Part shown: positions 9,842 through 20,251 of the stretch, piece after piece
How the letters are laid out: each line of letters begins with the position of its first letter
How positions within the stretch are numbered: position 1 is the first letter of the stretch
DNA from: Acidimicrobiia bacterium
GTDB taxonomy: Bacteria > Actinomycetota > Acidimicrobiia > Spongiisociales > ZC4RG35
Assembly: GCA_965215185.1 (NCBI GenBank)
Contig: OZ244034.1
Location: 1,952,001 to 2,016,000, forward strand
Length of the DNA stretch: 64,000 nt
Reading direction: 5' to 3'
Program-made: the position numbers and the translations under genes
The notes under the pieces: model-generated
Databases searched by the model: none
Seen by the model: the letters and a program-made list of their open reading frames with translations, nothing else
What the model was told of the DNA's origin: nothing

Positions 9842-9901
9842 GGTAGTGGGTCAGTTTGCTGGGTAAAGCCGCAGGTCAGAGAGTCAAACTGACCCACTAC
9901 C
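9842..9901. mobile_element. 60-bp MITE, IS1-family-like TIRs
   Basis: perfect 17-bp IR GGTAGTGGGTCAGTTTG / CAAACTGACCCACTACC. Confidence 0.85.
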
Positions 9902-9923
9902 AAGCTGTGGAAGGAACTCCCCA

Positions 9924-11013
9924 TTGAGACGGCTTAGAGTCGTACCGCTTATTCTGGTTCTGGGAATGATGGCAATCCCAGTAACCGCGCGGGCGGAGAC
10001 ATGCCCGAGTGGCAGTGAAGCGGTTGGATCAGGCGACGACCTCCGATGCCACATCAACGGAGGATTGTTCACACCCCAGGCGGCCCGCCTCGCCCACTCG
10101 CGACGATTAGGGAGCCTCGGCGACGATTAGGGAGGGCCAGGGGACTACTTTCACTGCGCCGAACCCCATGAATCGTCAGAGCCTCCTTTGCGGAGAGAGC
10201 AGGGTAATTCGCACGATTACCACCGTCATTATTGATGGCATTGGATACACGACTACCACATCTCGCACTCAGAAAGCCGGAATCCGATCTCTACCCACGA
10301 TGGATGGTGTTCAGGATCGCACCTCGGATGCGCCAGTCGACTGCCTAGGTACGACCTACAGTGTATGTAAAGGCCCTTACACCATAGAACTACTGACGCG
10401 CGACTCTCGCGTCACGGCGACCGGGAGTCGGGTCACGGTAAACACGGACGCTACGGATAGCTTAGATGATTCGGGCAGGCTAGAGATCCTCTACATCTTG
10501 AAGGGGACGAGGACCGTCACCACCGCGGCGAAGGACGGCTTTCCTGCCTCGGAGAGGATCGATGAATGCGATCTGTACCAGAGGGCGGGTGTGCAGATAG
10601 GGCAACAGCGTAGGTCAGGCATGACCGAAGTGGTGGCACTGCATGCGCCCTCCGCGGCGTGGCTGGGGGACACCACTACCACCACTTGGACCTGCACTCA
10701 GGCGATCATAGATGAGGGTGTGCAGTGCGATCTGAATGCGGTGGTATCCACAACCAGAGCGAATGAATTCCCCACTCCCAGCGGATGCGTGGTCATCGTG
10801 ACCGTGGCTAAGAACGGGAGGGGTCACGGGTCTACAGCGTGTCTCCCTCAGGCACAAGCGCAGTCCCACGGAACCATGATCGGGTTGAACATCAACGATC
10901 TCCCAACTTGCCCCAAGAGCACCAATACAGAAGTGATGAACGGTATAGATCCCACGCCCTCAACGGAGGATGGCGAGGAAGAACCACGGAAGAGGTGCGT
11001 GGCTCGCAACTGA
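9924..11013 (+). pseudogene. secreted Cys/Thr-rich protein, probably frameshifted near 10100-10135
   Basis: signal peptide ..IPVTARA-ETCP; duplicated CGACGATTAGGGAG at the break; 281-aa downstream ORF. Confidence 0.5.
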
Positions 11014-11292
11014 GCCACGACGGACGGGACACATCGGAGCTTATAACCGAACTATCGGTAGGGACTCGGCTACCGAATGCTGGCGTTACGCCTGACCTTC
11101 CAGTAGGAGGCCCCTTCTCGTACACTCTCGTGTTCGTATTCTGGTAGTTTCCGCAGCGGGGATGCGGGTGTCATTGTGCCTGGAAACACGGAACCGCACT
11201 TCTCGGCGTTCGCGGCCGGCGTGGCCCCGGGCGGCACCCTTGCCAACCTGGTTGCAAGGATGGGGGTGGCTGTTCGTAAAATGGGGAGAATA

Positions 11293-12395
11293 ATGACGGA
11301 CTCGACCTTGCCGAAGGCGGCCCCCACTGTGGAGGATGCCCATCGGGCTTGTGGCGCCCTTCCGGGCAGCGTGTTCCTGTTCGGAAGCGTTGCCCGCGGC
11401 ACTGCTCGGAAGATGTCCGACATTGACCTTATGGTCATAACAGACCGTGTCGAGGGTGATTACGGATCCGGCAAAAGAAAAAACCTGGGAATAGATTTAG
11501 CACGGGAAGCACGGGAAGCGTGCGGGTTCCGCGTGCAAGTGTTCCTAGTGGACTGGGTCGAGTGGAAATCCCGGTCGGTTGTTTGGGGGACTTCGAACAC
11601 GAAGCGGCTAGTTATGGGTTGTGGGTACGACAGATAGAACCCGGACCCCAAGTACAATGGGACCTGTTGATGTCGCCCAAACAAGTACGCATCTCAGCAG
11701 TGGAAGTTGCACTGGACAACGTATACGAGTCCTTGTCGCGCGTGGCCAGTATGTTGCGCCCCGATTGGAACGAATTGACAGAGATAGAAGCCAGTCGGGA
11801 AGACGTGTATTGGAAGAAAGTAGCAGGTCGTCTGAGCAGGATCAACGTTGAGATTCACTGCTGTTTAGAGGAACTCTTAGTGTCCATGCTACATCTGTCC
11901 ATGGTCAGTGTCGAACGTAACAAGCACAATCTGCTTGTGTTGTTCGAGCAACTTCCAACTCATATCCAGAACGACATCCTCGGATATGTCACTGAAAGCC
12001 AATTGGAATGGGCGCAACAATGGCGAGGCACTTTCTTTTATCGAGGCCCCCAGCATCCTACCGACACGAGTCTCATGTCGGTGGTGACCGCCGACGTGAC
12101 CGCCTACACCGCTTCCCTAGCCAGCGCGTTCATCGGGCCCATGGTGTCATACACGGCGCTCGCTATCCAGGTCAGCCTCGCGGTAGCGGACACAGTGAGA
12201 AACATGCCCCGCGACCCTGAGGTTTCCACCGACCAGCTCGAAAACCTGGTGGGCGGCCTTTTAGAGGAAGCGGAACGGGTACGAGATGCGCTGGCGTACC
12301 CCACGTGGTTGTATCCCGACGGGTCGCCTCCCCATGGGTGGCGACCCCCTGACGATTGGCAACCAAGATTCACCCCAGCCAGCGACCTGGACTAA
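11293..12395 (+). pseudogene. nucleotidyltransferase-HEPN-like protein with a frameshift near 11585
   Basis: FLFGSVARG..SDIDLMV MNT motif; second frame has KHNLLVLFEQLP (HEPN-like) and WLYPDGSPPHGW; break at a TTTGGGGG run. Confidence 0.8.
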
Positions 12396-12599
12396 AAGCC
12401 CCCCGCGTGACCGCACCGTCGGAGCACTTACCCCGCGGGTAGGGTCATTACTCCGTTGCCGTCCAGAGACCACCTGTTGATCTGAATCACCTGTTTGCTC
12501 TTCACGATGTACCTCAACCTCGAACCGTCGTTGTTTACCAGCCGCGGGTCGAATATGTGTGAGAGTGGCTTTGGTCCAGCCCAATCCGGCCAGGGGCCG

Positions 12600-12871
12600 T
12601 TAGTCAGAGGGTTTGTAAGCGGTGATTAGACATTCAGCGGTGAACGGGCCCCACGGCGGAGCTGTTCCATGCACCGCGTAGTGATAGACAGCCGCCCGAT
12701 AAACACTGCCCAGGGCGGTGGCCAGTACCAAATGAGTAATCGTCCACAGTCCGGCCACGCCTAGTGACAACAACCACCAGTCGGGCAAGTCCCAGCCTTT
12801 CAACAGCGCCCATAGCACATAGGCCGAGTAGCCGAAGGGAACCAAAAACAGCAGGACCGTTTTGAACCGCG
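12600..12871 (-). pseudogene. C-terminal fragment of a membrane protein truncated by the MITE
   Basis: hydrophobic helices and ALGSVYRAAVYHYA; ORF starts inside the MITE. Confidence 0.5.
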
Positions 12872-12931
12872 GGTGGTGGGTCACTTTGCTGGGTAAAGCC
12901 GGAGGTCAGAGAGTCAAACTGACCCACCACC
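12872..12931. mobile_element. second copy of the 60-bp MITE
   Basis: near-identical to 9842-9901 (4 substitutions). Confidence 0.85.
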
Positions 12932-13356
12932 CACGATGGGGATAAGGCCATAGAGGTTCTGAAAAACGTGGGAGTGGCGGTTGTCTAATGAGTCCGAATC
13001 GGAAAGGCGCTGACAATGCTTGAAATCCCGGATCAGTTTATCCGGATAGCCCGGGCTGTGAACCGATATAGCGGAGACCGGGAACACCTACAAGAGATAT
13101 GGGACATGCTCGCATCGGTCGAATCCCGCCGAACAGTGGGAATAGTGTTGCTGCGAGGCGCCCAGGAGGTACGGGTGCTCTCCTAAGAGGGGGGCGGATC
13201 GGAACTTCAGTCCCGCCTTCCCGGGTTTCGTTGGATATCCCATCCCCTTGACGGGGACCAGCAGAATATTCTCAACGAGTCCGCCGCTTGTTCTGATCAA
13301 ACACGGACACCTAGTGGGGCTGGCGCGTTATTTCCCCGCTTGGTAGGGGCAGGTGC

Positions 13357-13542
13357 TCACGGGATAAGGTTAGCTGGACCGTGTTGTTCCCATCTCCGAC
13401 CGTCGGTCAACCGCGGGGGCCATAGCTCTGTTCCGTCCATGTCACAAGTCCAAAAACAATCGTCGTCGTCCCAAACCCAATGGTCCGAACTGCCACAATA
13501 TTCGCAGATGTTTCTAGGGTACTTATAGGTAGGAACAGTCAC
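13357..13542 (-). CDS. small Zn-ribbon-like protein
   Basis: CEYCG..WTCDMDG; short. Confidence 0.35.
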   Translation of the reverse strand: MTVPTYKYPRNICEYCGSSDHWVWDDDDCFWTCDMDGTELWPPRLTDGRRWEQHGPANLIP

Positions 13543-13696
13543 CCTGAGCCGCCTTTCGTCGTGTCGGGTTCACCCAGAGCTGTACGATGTCGACGAGAAA
13601 TTAATCTCGGTTGACATGTCTGCGGGAACGCAGTAGTTTTCAGCGACTGGGTAGAAACCACCAGCAGCGAAAGAGAGAGCAACAGTTGCGCCAGCC

Positions 13697-13943
13697 GGTA
13701 GACCACAAGAAAGCGATCACTATCAACCCGGACATTCGTTTCGGGAAGCCGTGCATCCACGGTACCCGCATCACCGTGTTCGATGTTGTCGAGCATCTCG
13801 CTGGCGGCATGACCGAAGAAGAAATCTTAGACGAATTCCCCCACCTGACCCTAGACAACATCCTGGCCTGCTACAACTATCTAGCAGACGAAAACATGGT
13901 GCCGAGAAGGCCTCCCGGCCACAAATCGCCCTTCGATTCATAA
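13697..13943 (+). CDS. DUF433 family antitoxin-like protein (start uncertain)
   Basis: ITINPDIRFGKPCIHGTRITV..LAGGMTEEEILDEFPHLT. Confidence 0.85.
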
Positions 13944-15014
13944 GCCCCGGGTTTGCGACTCCCAAGGCCTTTCCCAAGCGGAAAGCGGAAAACCATGGGC
14001 GTAAACCCACCGGCTATCAACAGCGGCTTTGTTCAACTGTTCAACCGCCGCCTCGGTTCCCAAAGTCGTTTCCGACAAGGTTTCCGCTATTTCCGGATAG
14101 TTCTCAGCGAAGAACCGGACAACCTGACCGGCTAGACAGGTGACCAGGTCCACATACCGAACAGTGCCCTGGTCGTAGGGAACACCCGAACCTGTGGCGT
14201 ATCGCCGCGGGTGAGCCAGGATCGCGCCAGCCGCGACAGCCGGATACTCATCGTCGTCGGGTGGGTGTTCCGGATTCCAATAACCGGCTTTGCGCCACTC
14301 TCCCACCCAGCCCACATCCCCGTCGGAGCAACCATCGAAAATGTGTTCTCTGATTCGCTTTGGGTAATCCCCGACCACCTGCAACAACCGTGTGCGGTTT
14401 TTGAACGGCGTGCCGGTGAGGTGACACAACAACAAGAACGCTCGTTCCATCAGATAGTGCGCCTGGGCGTTGGCCCATCCCAACCGATACTTCCAATGCC
14501 CCCAAAACCGCCCCGCGTCGCCAGCGTCTAAGGCCTCGGTTTCCAACGACCCGAGCGCGGTCATGTAGTAAACCAACATCCCCGCGGTTTTTCTCATTAG
14601 GGCCAACGCGAAATCCACCGATTCGACAAGCACCTGCCGGGCCGGTTTGATTCCGGTCCAATCCACTTCGTCGCCGGGACGCACCCACTTCAACATTCGT
14701 CCCTCTCTCAAAGTGTTCGCTTCGATAGTCGTGGGCACCTTAATGTACGAAACCCATTTGGGCCAGTCGATCTTGATCACTCCCGCTTTCCAACCCGACA
14801 TTTCCGATGCCATCCCGGTCAGTTCCATGTCAAAAAACCGGTCCGGGTTGTCGTCTCTGTCCACGATGCACAGCAGATCAATGTCCGATCCGGCATGAGC
14901 GTCGCCTCGGGCGACGGAACCACCCACGAACACCGTACCAGGCAAAACTTCGGCTATCCGAAAAGCGTCCACCATGGTCGGCGTGCGGACAGTGTCAAGG
15001 TTCCCACGGGACAT
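13938..15014 (-). CDS. nucleotidyltransferase-HEPN-like fusion protein (intact)
   Basis: GGSVARGDAHAGSDIDLL; helical C-domain AHYLMERAF; WVYAHGFPLSAWERPWE tail. Confidence 0.8.
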   Translation of the reverse strand: MSRGNLDTVRTPTMVDAFRIAEVLPGTVFVGGSVARGDAHAGSDIDLLCIVDRDDNPDRFFDMELTGMASEMSGWKAGVIKIDWPKWVSYIKVPTTIEANTLREGRMLKWVRPGDEVDWTGIKPARQVLVESVDFALALMRKTAGMLVYYMTALGSLETEALDAGDAGRFWGHWKYRLGWANAQAHYLMERAFLLLCHLTGTPFKNRTRLLQVVGDYPKRIREHIFDGCSDGDVGWVGEWRKAGYWNPEHPPDDDEYPAVAAGAILAHPRRYATGSGVPYDQGTVRYVDLVTCLAGQVVRFFAENYPEIAETLSETTLGTEAAVEQLNKAAVDSRWVYAHGFPLSAWERPWESQTRGL

Positions 15015-15047
15015 GCAACACCCGATGATAAAACCGGCATGAGGCCT

Positions 15048-15143
15048 TGGTAGGGTGTTGGCCATCACCTCTGACCTGCGCCTTAACAGGGGGTCTCGGG
15101 AGGACACCACAATTTAAGGAGGGGGGGACACCACAATTGGAAA
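15048..15143 (+). repeat. att-like left-end repeat, copy 1
   Basis: TGGTAGGGTGTTGGCCATCACC-CTGACCTG-..2x GGACACCACAATT. Confidence 0.85.
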
Positions 15144-15202
15144 CCCCTCTGGAACGCAGCCCTAGAGTGGCCGCCGGAGCGAAACTGGAAGCACTTGTGG
15201 GG

Positions 15203-15900
15203 CTAAGGGCCTTGTTTTTCAGACATCCGCGGCACCCGACCTGGAACGTTGAATACCAGGACTGTGAGCGTAATCGTCTTACCGGGGTCATCCCTGTGGG
15301 TGAAGGCGCACCGGAATCCAGTTTCCTGGTCACAGTCATAGTTGGACTTCCAATTGGGATGCCCTTGGACTGCTACCGGGACGTTCTTGAGCACGGTAGA
15401 CATAACTGTATCTCGATTGAAGATCAGCAAGGCTGCTTTGGTGTCCCTCCAACTGGTATAACCCAGCAGTTGGTCGATAGCGTTCTTCAGGTCCGCTGAA
15501 CCTCTCCAAAACTTGCATTCAGCGATGAAGATGTTCCTGCCTTGCACTCTCACCAAAATGTCGGTTCGTCCCTCATAATTGAAGGTCTCACCTGTTGCCT
15601 GTCCTCATACTGGCCATTGAGTTGAACGAGGAAATGCTGCCGCAGATCTTCCTCCCCCATATCTTTGGAACGCCTTCGGACTACGTTCCATCACATCACC
15701 ATATTCGAAATCACCGACAGGACGAGCTCGTACTCGTCCATTACCAGAGTGGGATCCGGTTCAGACGGGTCTGATGAAACGGGGGGAGTTTTGGCAGGAT
15801 GCGGCGTTTCACTTCAGGAGTGGCAAAGGTCGATGGCACACCCGACCGGCGTCTTAAGGGAAAGCCCAGATTCGCGACGATCTCCCTGTCGTGAAGCAAT
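15203..15900 (-). pseudogene. PD-(D/E)XK nuclease-like protein, frameshifted and truncated
   Basis: GETFNYEGRTDILVRVQGRNIFIAECKFW..AIDQLLGY. Confidence 0.65.
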
Positions 15901-16006
15901 TTGCCCCTACGCTGACCAATCTGATCGTTCACGTCTTGATGGATGGTGGAGTTGAACCGCTCTACGTCCCTGGAAACAGATTATTCTCCTATCGGCTGCG
16001 AGTGAT

Positions 16007-17122
16007 CTACAGCAGTCTGTCAGGTTTCAGGTGGTAGGTGGTGCTGCGACCCCCCGCCAGGCCATGAGCCAGCACTCCGCGGTCTACCAACCCGGCGATG
16101 TCCCGCAAGGCCGTGTCGTGGGAGCACTTGGTGATCTTCGCCCATTTGGACGTGGTCAGGTTCCCCTTAAAGTCTGCAAAGAGAAGGTTCAGCATCTTTC
16201 TCTGCCGGTCGTTGATCGGCACCGACTGGACATTCCTCCAGAACCTTGCCTTGGCAAGTACCGACTCTAAAGTGTCTTCCGCCCCGACAACAGCACGACG
16301 CGTGCAGCCCATGAACCACTCCAACCACATTGTGATGTCCAAAGTTCCTCTCTGGGTGCCTTCCAAAACACGGTAATAATCTTTGCGCTCTGCTCGTATT
16401 TGCGAAGACATGCTGTAATAACGCTGCGGTGTCCTTTCCGAACGGGCTAGGGCCATGTCAGAAATAGCCCTAGCCAGACGTCCGTTGCCGTCGTCGAAAG
16501 GGTGAACGGTAACGAACCACAGATGTGCCACGCCCGCCTTGGTGACCCAATCCTCGTCCGAATTGTTGAACCAGTCAAGAAACAATCCCATTTCATGATC
16601 AACCTGTTCCGCCGGTGGTGCTTCAAAGTGGATCCGTTCTTTTCCGATTGGTCCTGACACCACCTGCATGGGTCCGTGACTGTCGTCCCGCCAGTTGCCC
16701 ACGATGATCCTGTTCATGCCGCTTCTTCCACCCGGGAACAAAGCCGCCTGCCAATCCCACAGTCGCTCCCGGGTCAACGGGTGGAGATAGTTGCCAGTGG
16801 CATCCATTATCACATCTACGATGCCTTCCACTCGATGCTCAACGTACACATACCCGCCGGTTTCAAGGCCGAGCCTGCGGGCCACCGACGATCGGATCTG
16901 TCTAAGGTCAAGCCGTTCCCCCTCGATGTCGCTGGTCTTGTGGACATCCTGAGAGAGCGTTTCAGCGACCGCTTCCAATTGCAGGTCGAAACCCAAAGCG
17001 TTCATCTGACCTAACAGGCGGCCCTGTTCGTAATAGACAGCGTTCGTGTAGGTAGACAAACGAGAGGTGTCCCAAGACAGCCCCGGCCAGTCGGGATCAT
17101 TCCAAATAAACGATCTACGCAT
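16007..17122 (-). CDS. Fic family protein with N-terminal DUF4172
   Basis: HPFDDGNGRLAR Fic motif; FIWNDPDWP N-terminus; C-terminal HTH. Confidence 0.92.
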   Translation of the reverse strand: MRRSFIWNDPDWPGLSWDTSRLSTYTNAVYYEQGRLLGQMNALGFDLQLEAVAETLSQDVHKTSDIEGERLDLRQIRSSVARRLGLETGGYVYVEHRVEGIVDVIMDATGNYLHPLTRERLWDWQAALFPGGRSGMNRIIVGNWRDDSHGPMQVVSGPIGKERIHFEAPPAEQVDHEMGLFLDWFNNSDEDWVTKAGVAHLWFVTVHPFDDGNGRLARAISDMALARSERTPQRYYSMSSQIRAERKDYYRVLEGTQRGTLDITMWLEWFMGCTRRAVVGAEDTLESVLAKARFWRNVQSVPINDRQRKMLNLLFADFKGNLTTSKWAKITKCSHDTALRDIAGLVDRGVLAHGLAGGRSTTYHLKPDRLL

Positions 17123-17542
17123 AATGTGCGTAGATCATAGGTGTTTTTCTTCGCATCACGCGAAAACATCTTTGACGATCAAACACAAACTCTGGTGTCA
17201 GGCGACCCTAACGGGGCTGGCGCGCAATACCTGAACTCCAGGTCAACGAGTCGGCCCGGGATGGGTTTGACACGGATTCCCGATCCCTGTCACACCTCCG
17301 TCATATGATCGAAGGCATGGACACTGATGCAGTGAACCAAGTGCTGCGTACAACGGTGCGCTCCCTCCTGCGTCTCAACAACACCACGAAGATGTCACTG
17401 TGGTCCCCGAGGCAGCAGCAGGAGTTCTACAACCTGGGAGTGGAACAGCCTGCTTCAACGCGCTCGGGAAACCGGACCCTTATATCGCGCAACTCGAGGC
17501 TTCGCGATATGTTGAGATTTGGGTAGGGAGGGGGTCCTTGGT

Positions 17543-17563
17543 TGGTGGGGTGTTGGCCACCAC
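17543..17563 (+). repeat. att-like core, copy 2 (core only)
   Basis: TGGTGGGGTGTTGGCCACCAC exactly at the break of a PP2C fragment. Confidence 0.7.
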
Positions 17564-17790
17564 ACCAGCGATACCACATCTTGTTCGGTCTTGACCTCGG
17601 AGCTTCCCTGTGCGATGACTTCGGCTGCTAGTACTGCGGCTATCTCACCGGCAGGGTGGCCACCGAGTCCGTCGAGCACGGCCACCACACTCGGACACCC
17701 GAGGGCGAACATGATCGTGGTGCGCCGGTTGGTCGTCAACCACCGTGTCGTTGACGACCAACCGGTCTTGGTTGATGTCCCTGCCAGATC
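17564..17790 (-). pseudogene. PP2C phosphatase fragment, paralog of 61324-62052
   Basis: AVLDGLGGHPAGEIAA..EVKTEQDVVSLV. Confidence 0.8.
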
Positions 17791-18081
17791 CCCCGACGTG
17801 TCAGAACAGCCACTCTCAGCCCTTGATGTTCCAGTACCACAGCTATGTTCCTCTCGCATAATCGCAACAGCGTCTCTTCATGGGGAAACAACAGGCCTTC
17901 CTACTCACGCACCCTATCCCCGCAGGAATGGTACGACCGGGGTGTGACAGCAGCACTTGGCCGTGCAATGTCACACCCTACCTATACCCTTTCTGGGACT
18001 ATGAGCAGAGCCGTGTGGTCTGATTGGATATTCGAGGTCGTTGTAGACCGAAGAGACAAGGTCCACCATGGGCCTCGGACC

Positions 18082-18639
18082 ATGATTGTCCTGCAGGGTT
18101 CGTCTGGTGCTGGTAAGACCACCGTGGCGAGATGCCTTGCCCGCCGGCACGGTGTCGCCAGTGTTGATACCAACCCTATTAAGCGGGCAATGGGCATCAC
18201 CCACGATCAGTTGCTTGAACATACCGAGATGGAGGCCGACAAGGAGTGGTTTGTTGAGATCGAGGGCCACTACAAGTACGGATGGAGGGGCGCTGCTGCT
18301 TCGGCGTCTTTGTCAGCTGTGCTGTTGGCTGCCGAAGCCATGGACCAGGGGTCTCATGCTGTGATAGCCGGGTTGCAGAATGCGTGGCTTCGGTCTTTTC
18401 GCGACTGGGAAGAGGTCGTCGCTCGGCTGGTGGCGCCGCACAGGATGTTCCGTGTGCGGCTTGTGGTTGACCCGTCCGTGCGGATTGAGCGGCTGCACAA
18501 ACGCAGTCCCGGCCAGTGGTCCTGGGCTCGCGAGAACACCTCTAGCGGTGAGGAGTCTCTGACTGTAGACACCACCAACGTCACGTCTGCCGAGGTCGCC
18601 GATTTGATCATCAAACACAGCCGAATATCAGCAACCTGA
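18082..18639 (+). CDS. P-loop (AAA_33-like) kinase, paralog of 56940-57497
   Basis: MIVLQGSSGAGKTT Walker A. Confidence 0.85.
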   Translation: MIVLQGSSGAGKTTVARCLARRHGVASVDTNPIKRAMGITHDQLLEHTEMEADKEWFVEIEGHYKYGWRGAAASASLSAVLLAAEAMDQGSHAVIAGLQNAWLRSFRDWEEVVARLVAPHRMFRVRLVVDPSVRIERLHKRSPGQWSWARENTSSGEESLTVDTTNVTSAEVADLIIKHSRISAT

Positions 18640-18765
18640 GTCTGCACCCAAACACCAACGCCGAGACGGCCTTTTTTATAAGGCCTGGGACGAATCCAAG
18701 GTTGTTCTCCCGACAAGGTTTGCCCTGCCCCGTGCGTCCGAGATCTGCGAATTGGCTGGCTGTCA

Positions 18766-19127
18766 GTGGGTGACATCCATGGCCGTTTCGGGGTGCTGGC
18801 CGAGGCCCTCGATGTGGCTCGCGGTCGGTGGGGGCAGTTCGATTTCGTGTTAGCCGTAGGAGATGTGGAACCCAACCGGGGCTACGAGGATCACCTCGGG
18901 GTGGTGGGGCCGCCCCGCTACCGCAAGGTGGGCGACTTCTCCCGGGTAGCTTCGGGTGACATCACCCTCGGCGCGCCCCTGTACTTCATTGCGGGGAACC
19001 ATGACCCGTATCCGGCGTTGGACCAGGCCGGAGCAGGTGAATGGGCACCGGGAGTGTGGTGGCTCGGTCGTTGGGGCATCACCAAATTCCAGGACATAAA
19101 TGTCGGGTTCTTGTCGGATATCTACTC
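18766..19127 (+). pseudogene. metallophosphoesterase, truncated copy of 57660-58424
   Basis: GDIHG, GDV, GNHD; homology stops at ~19127. Confidence 0.85.
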
Positions 19128-19389
19128 ACACCCGACTTGTAACCCACCTCTGTGGGAAGGACACTTAGCGGACTCAACGCTGTCCTCGCCGCCCTCGAAA
19201 ACTTCCCCAACCTCGAAGAAGTCATATCCGACATGGGATACACCCAACATGGCAAAGATTTCGTGCGGCCTCTCCACCAAATGGGCATCAACGTGGTCAT
19301 GGACTACCCCGAAAAACACCAACAGAAAATCGAGGTAGTCACAATAGAACACGGGAACAAGAAACGGACACTGCTGTTCCACTGCGGCT
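19128..19389 (+). pseudogene. internal fragment of the DDE transposase family seen at 49090-50011
   Basis: ALENFPNLEEVISDMGYT..FVRPLHQMGINVVMDY..LLFHCG. Confidence 0.8.
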
Positions 19390-19484
19390 TGGTGGGCTGT
19401 TTGCCACCACCCCTGACCTGGAGCTTTAGCCGGGCTTTCAGGAGGACACCACAATTGCGAGAGGGGGGACGCCACAATTCGGAA
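19390..19484 (+). repeat. att-like left-end repeat, copy 3
   Basis: TGGTGGGCTGTTTGCCACCACCCCTGACCTG..2x GGAC(A/G)CCACAATT. Confidence 0.85.
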
Positions 19485-19659
19485 TCGCCCTATAGGCTAT
19501 GGAACCTCCCAGTCGAGGAAACCCGATTCTGCCAAAGCGGGGTAGCACCTCAGCCTCCAGGAAAGCCCTGGGCGATTCAGAACTCAATTCTCCCAACGTG
19601 CGCAATCCTCCTGGCCAAGCCCCGTCTTGACTCTCTGTTCACCCTCCGGGGTCAGCAGT

Positions 19660-19960
19660 TCATGTGAACGCATCCACACCGGTGACCTTGAGCACACTGA
19701 GAACATATGGAGCGGTGATCGGGGTGCGGATGATCTCTGCGATACCCAGGTCCGAAAGCGCCTCCGCGATAGCGGGGGCAGGACCGATGATTCCAGCCTC
19801 GCCCCTCGCCGGTTCCTTTGGTGCCTCACTGCATAGTCGGCGCCGGCGATTGGAAGTGCCGGACGACCATGTTCGGTGTCTCGGTGGTAGGGGGCAGGTG
19901 GTAGTCGATAAACGATGTCGACAGTGGGGTGTCGGCGATCAGCCCCATGGTTGCGCCCCT
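19660..19960 (-). pseudogene. degraded 3' fragment of a Mo-hydroxylase large subunit
   Basis: DNA similar to 26880-27120 and 34948-35180, with deletions. Confidence 0.75.
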
Positions 19961-20251
19961 CCAGGCTGTTGTTAATATGACACAATCCCGTCACTCCACC
20001 CTCCACATCCCACAGAATTGCGAAAGACCCAAGCGTCCTCATGGTCTGCAATCAGCCGAGCCAATGCCAACAACCGCCGGTTCGACTGCCTGTGGAAGCC
20101 TCTGGAGCATGTTCTTCATCGCTATCAGTGTCAATGGCCGGGCTCTGGTGCACGTCCAAGCCGTGGATTAGCTGGGTTTTTTGCGGCGCCGCCTTCGGGG
20201 TAGCGGCTACCGTATCGGGCATGCAGTGTCGATTCCGTTTCTTGGGGTAGC

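Larger units (their letters stand above)
9842..12931. mobile_element. composite transposon bounded by two direct 60-bp MITEs, 8-bp TSD CACGATGG
   Basis: TSD at 9834-9841 and 12932-12939; MITEs at 9842-9901 and 12872-12931. Confidence 0.9.
9288..12988 (+). pseudogene. pncA: nicotinamidase/pyrazinamidase split by an insertion (9288-9841 and 12940-12988)
   Basis: VVDVQNDF, TQDWH, WPVHCV, YSGF, GLALDYCVKETA; C-terminus DKAIEVLKNVGVAVV* resumes after the insert. Confidence 0.9.
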
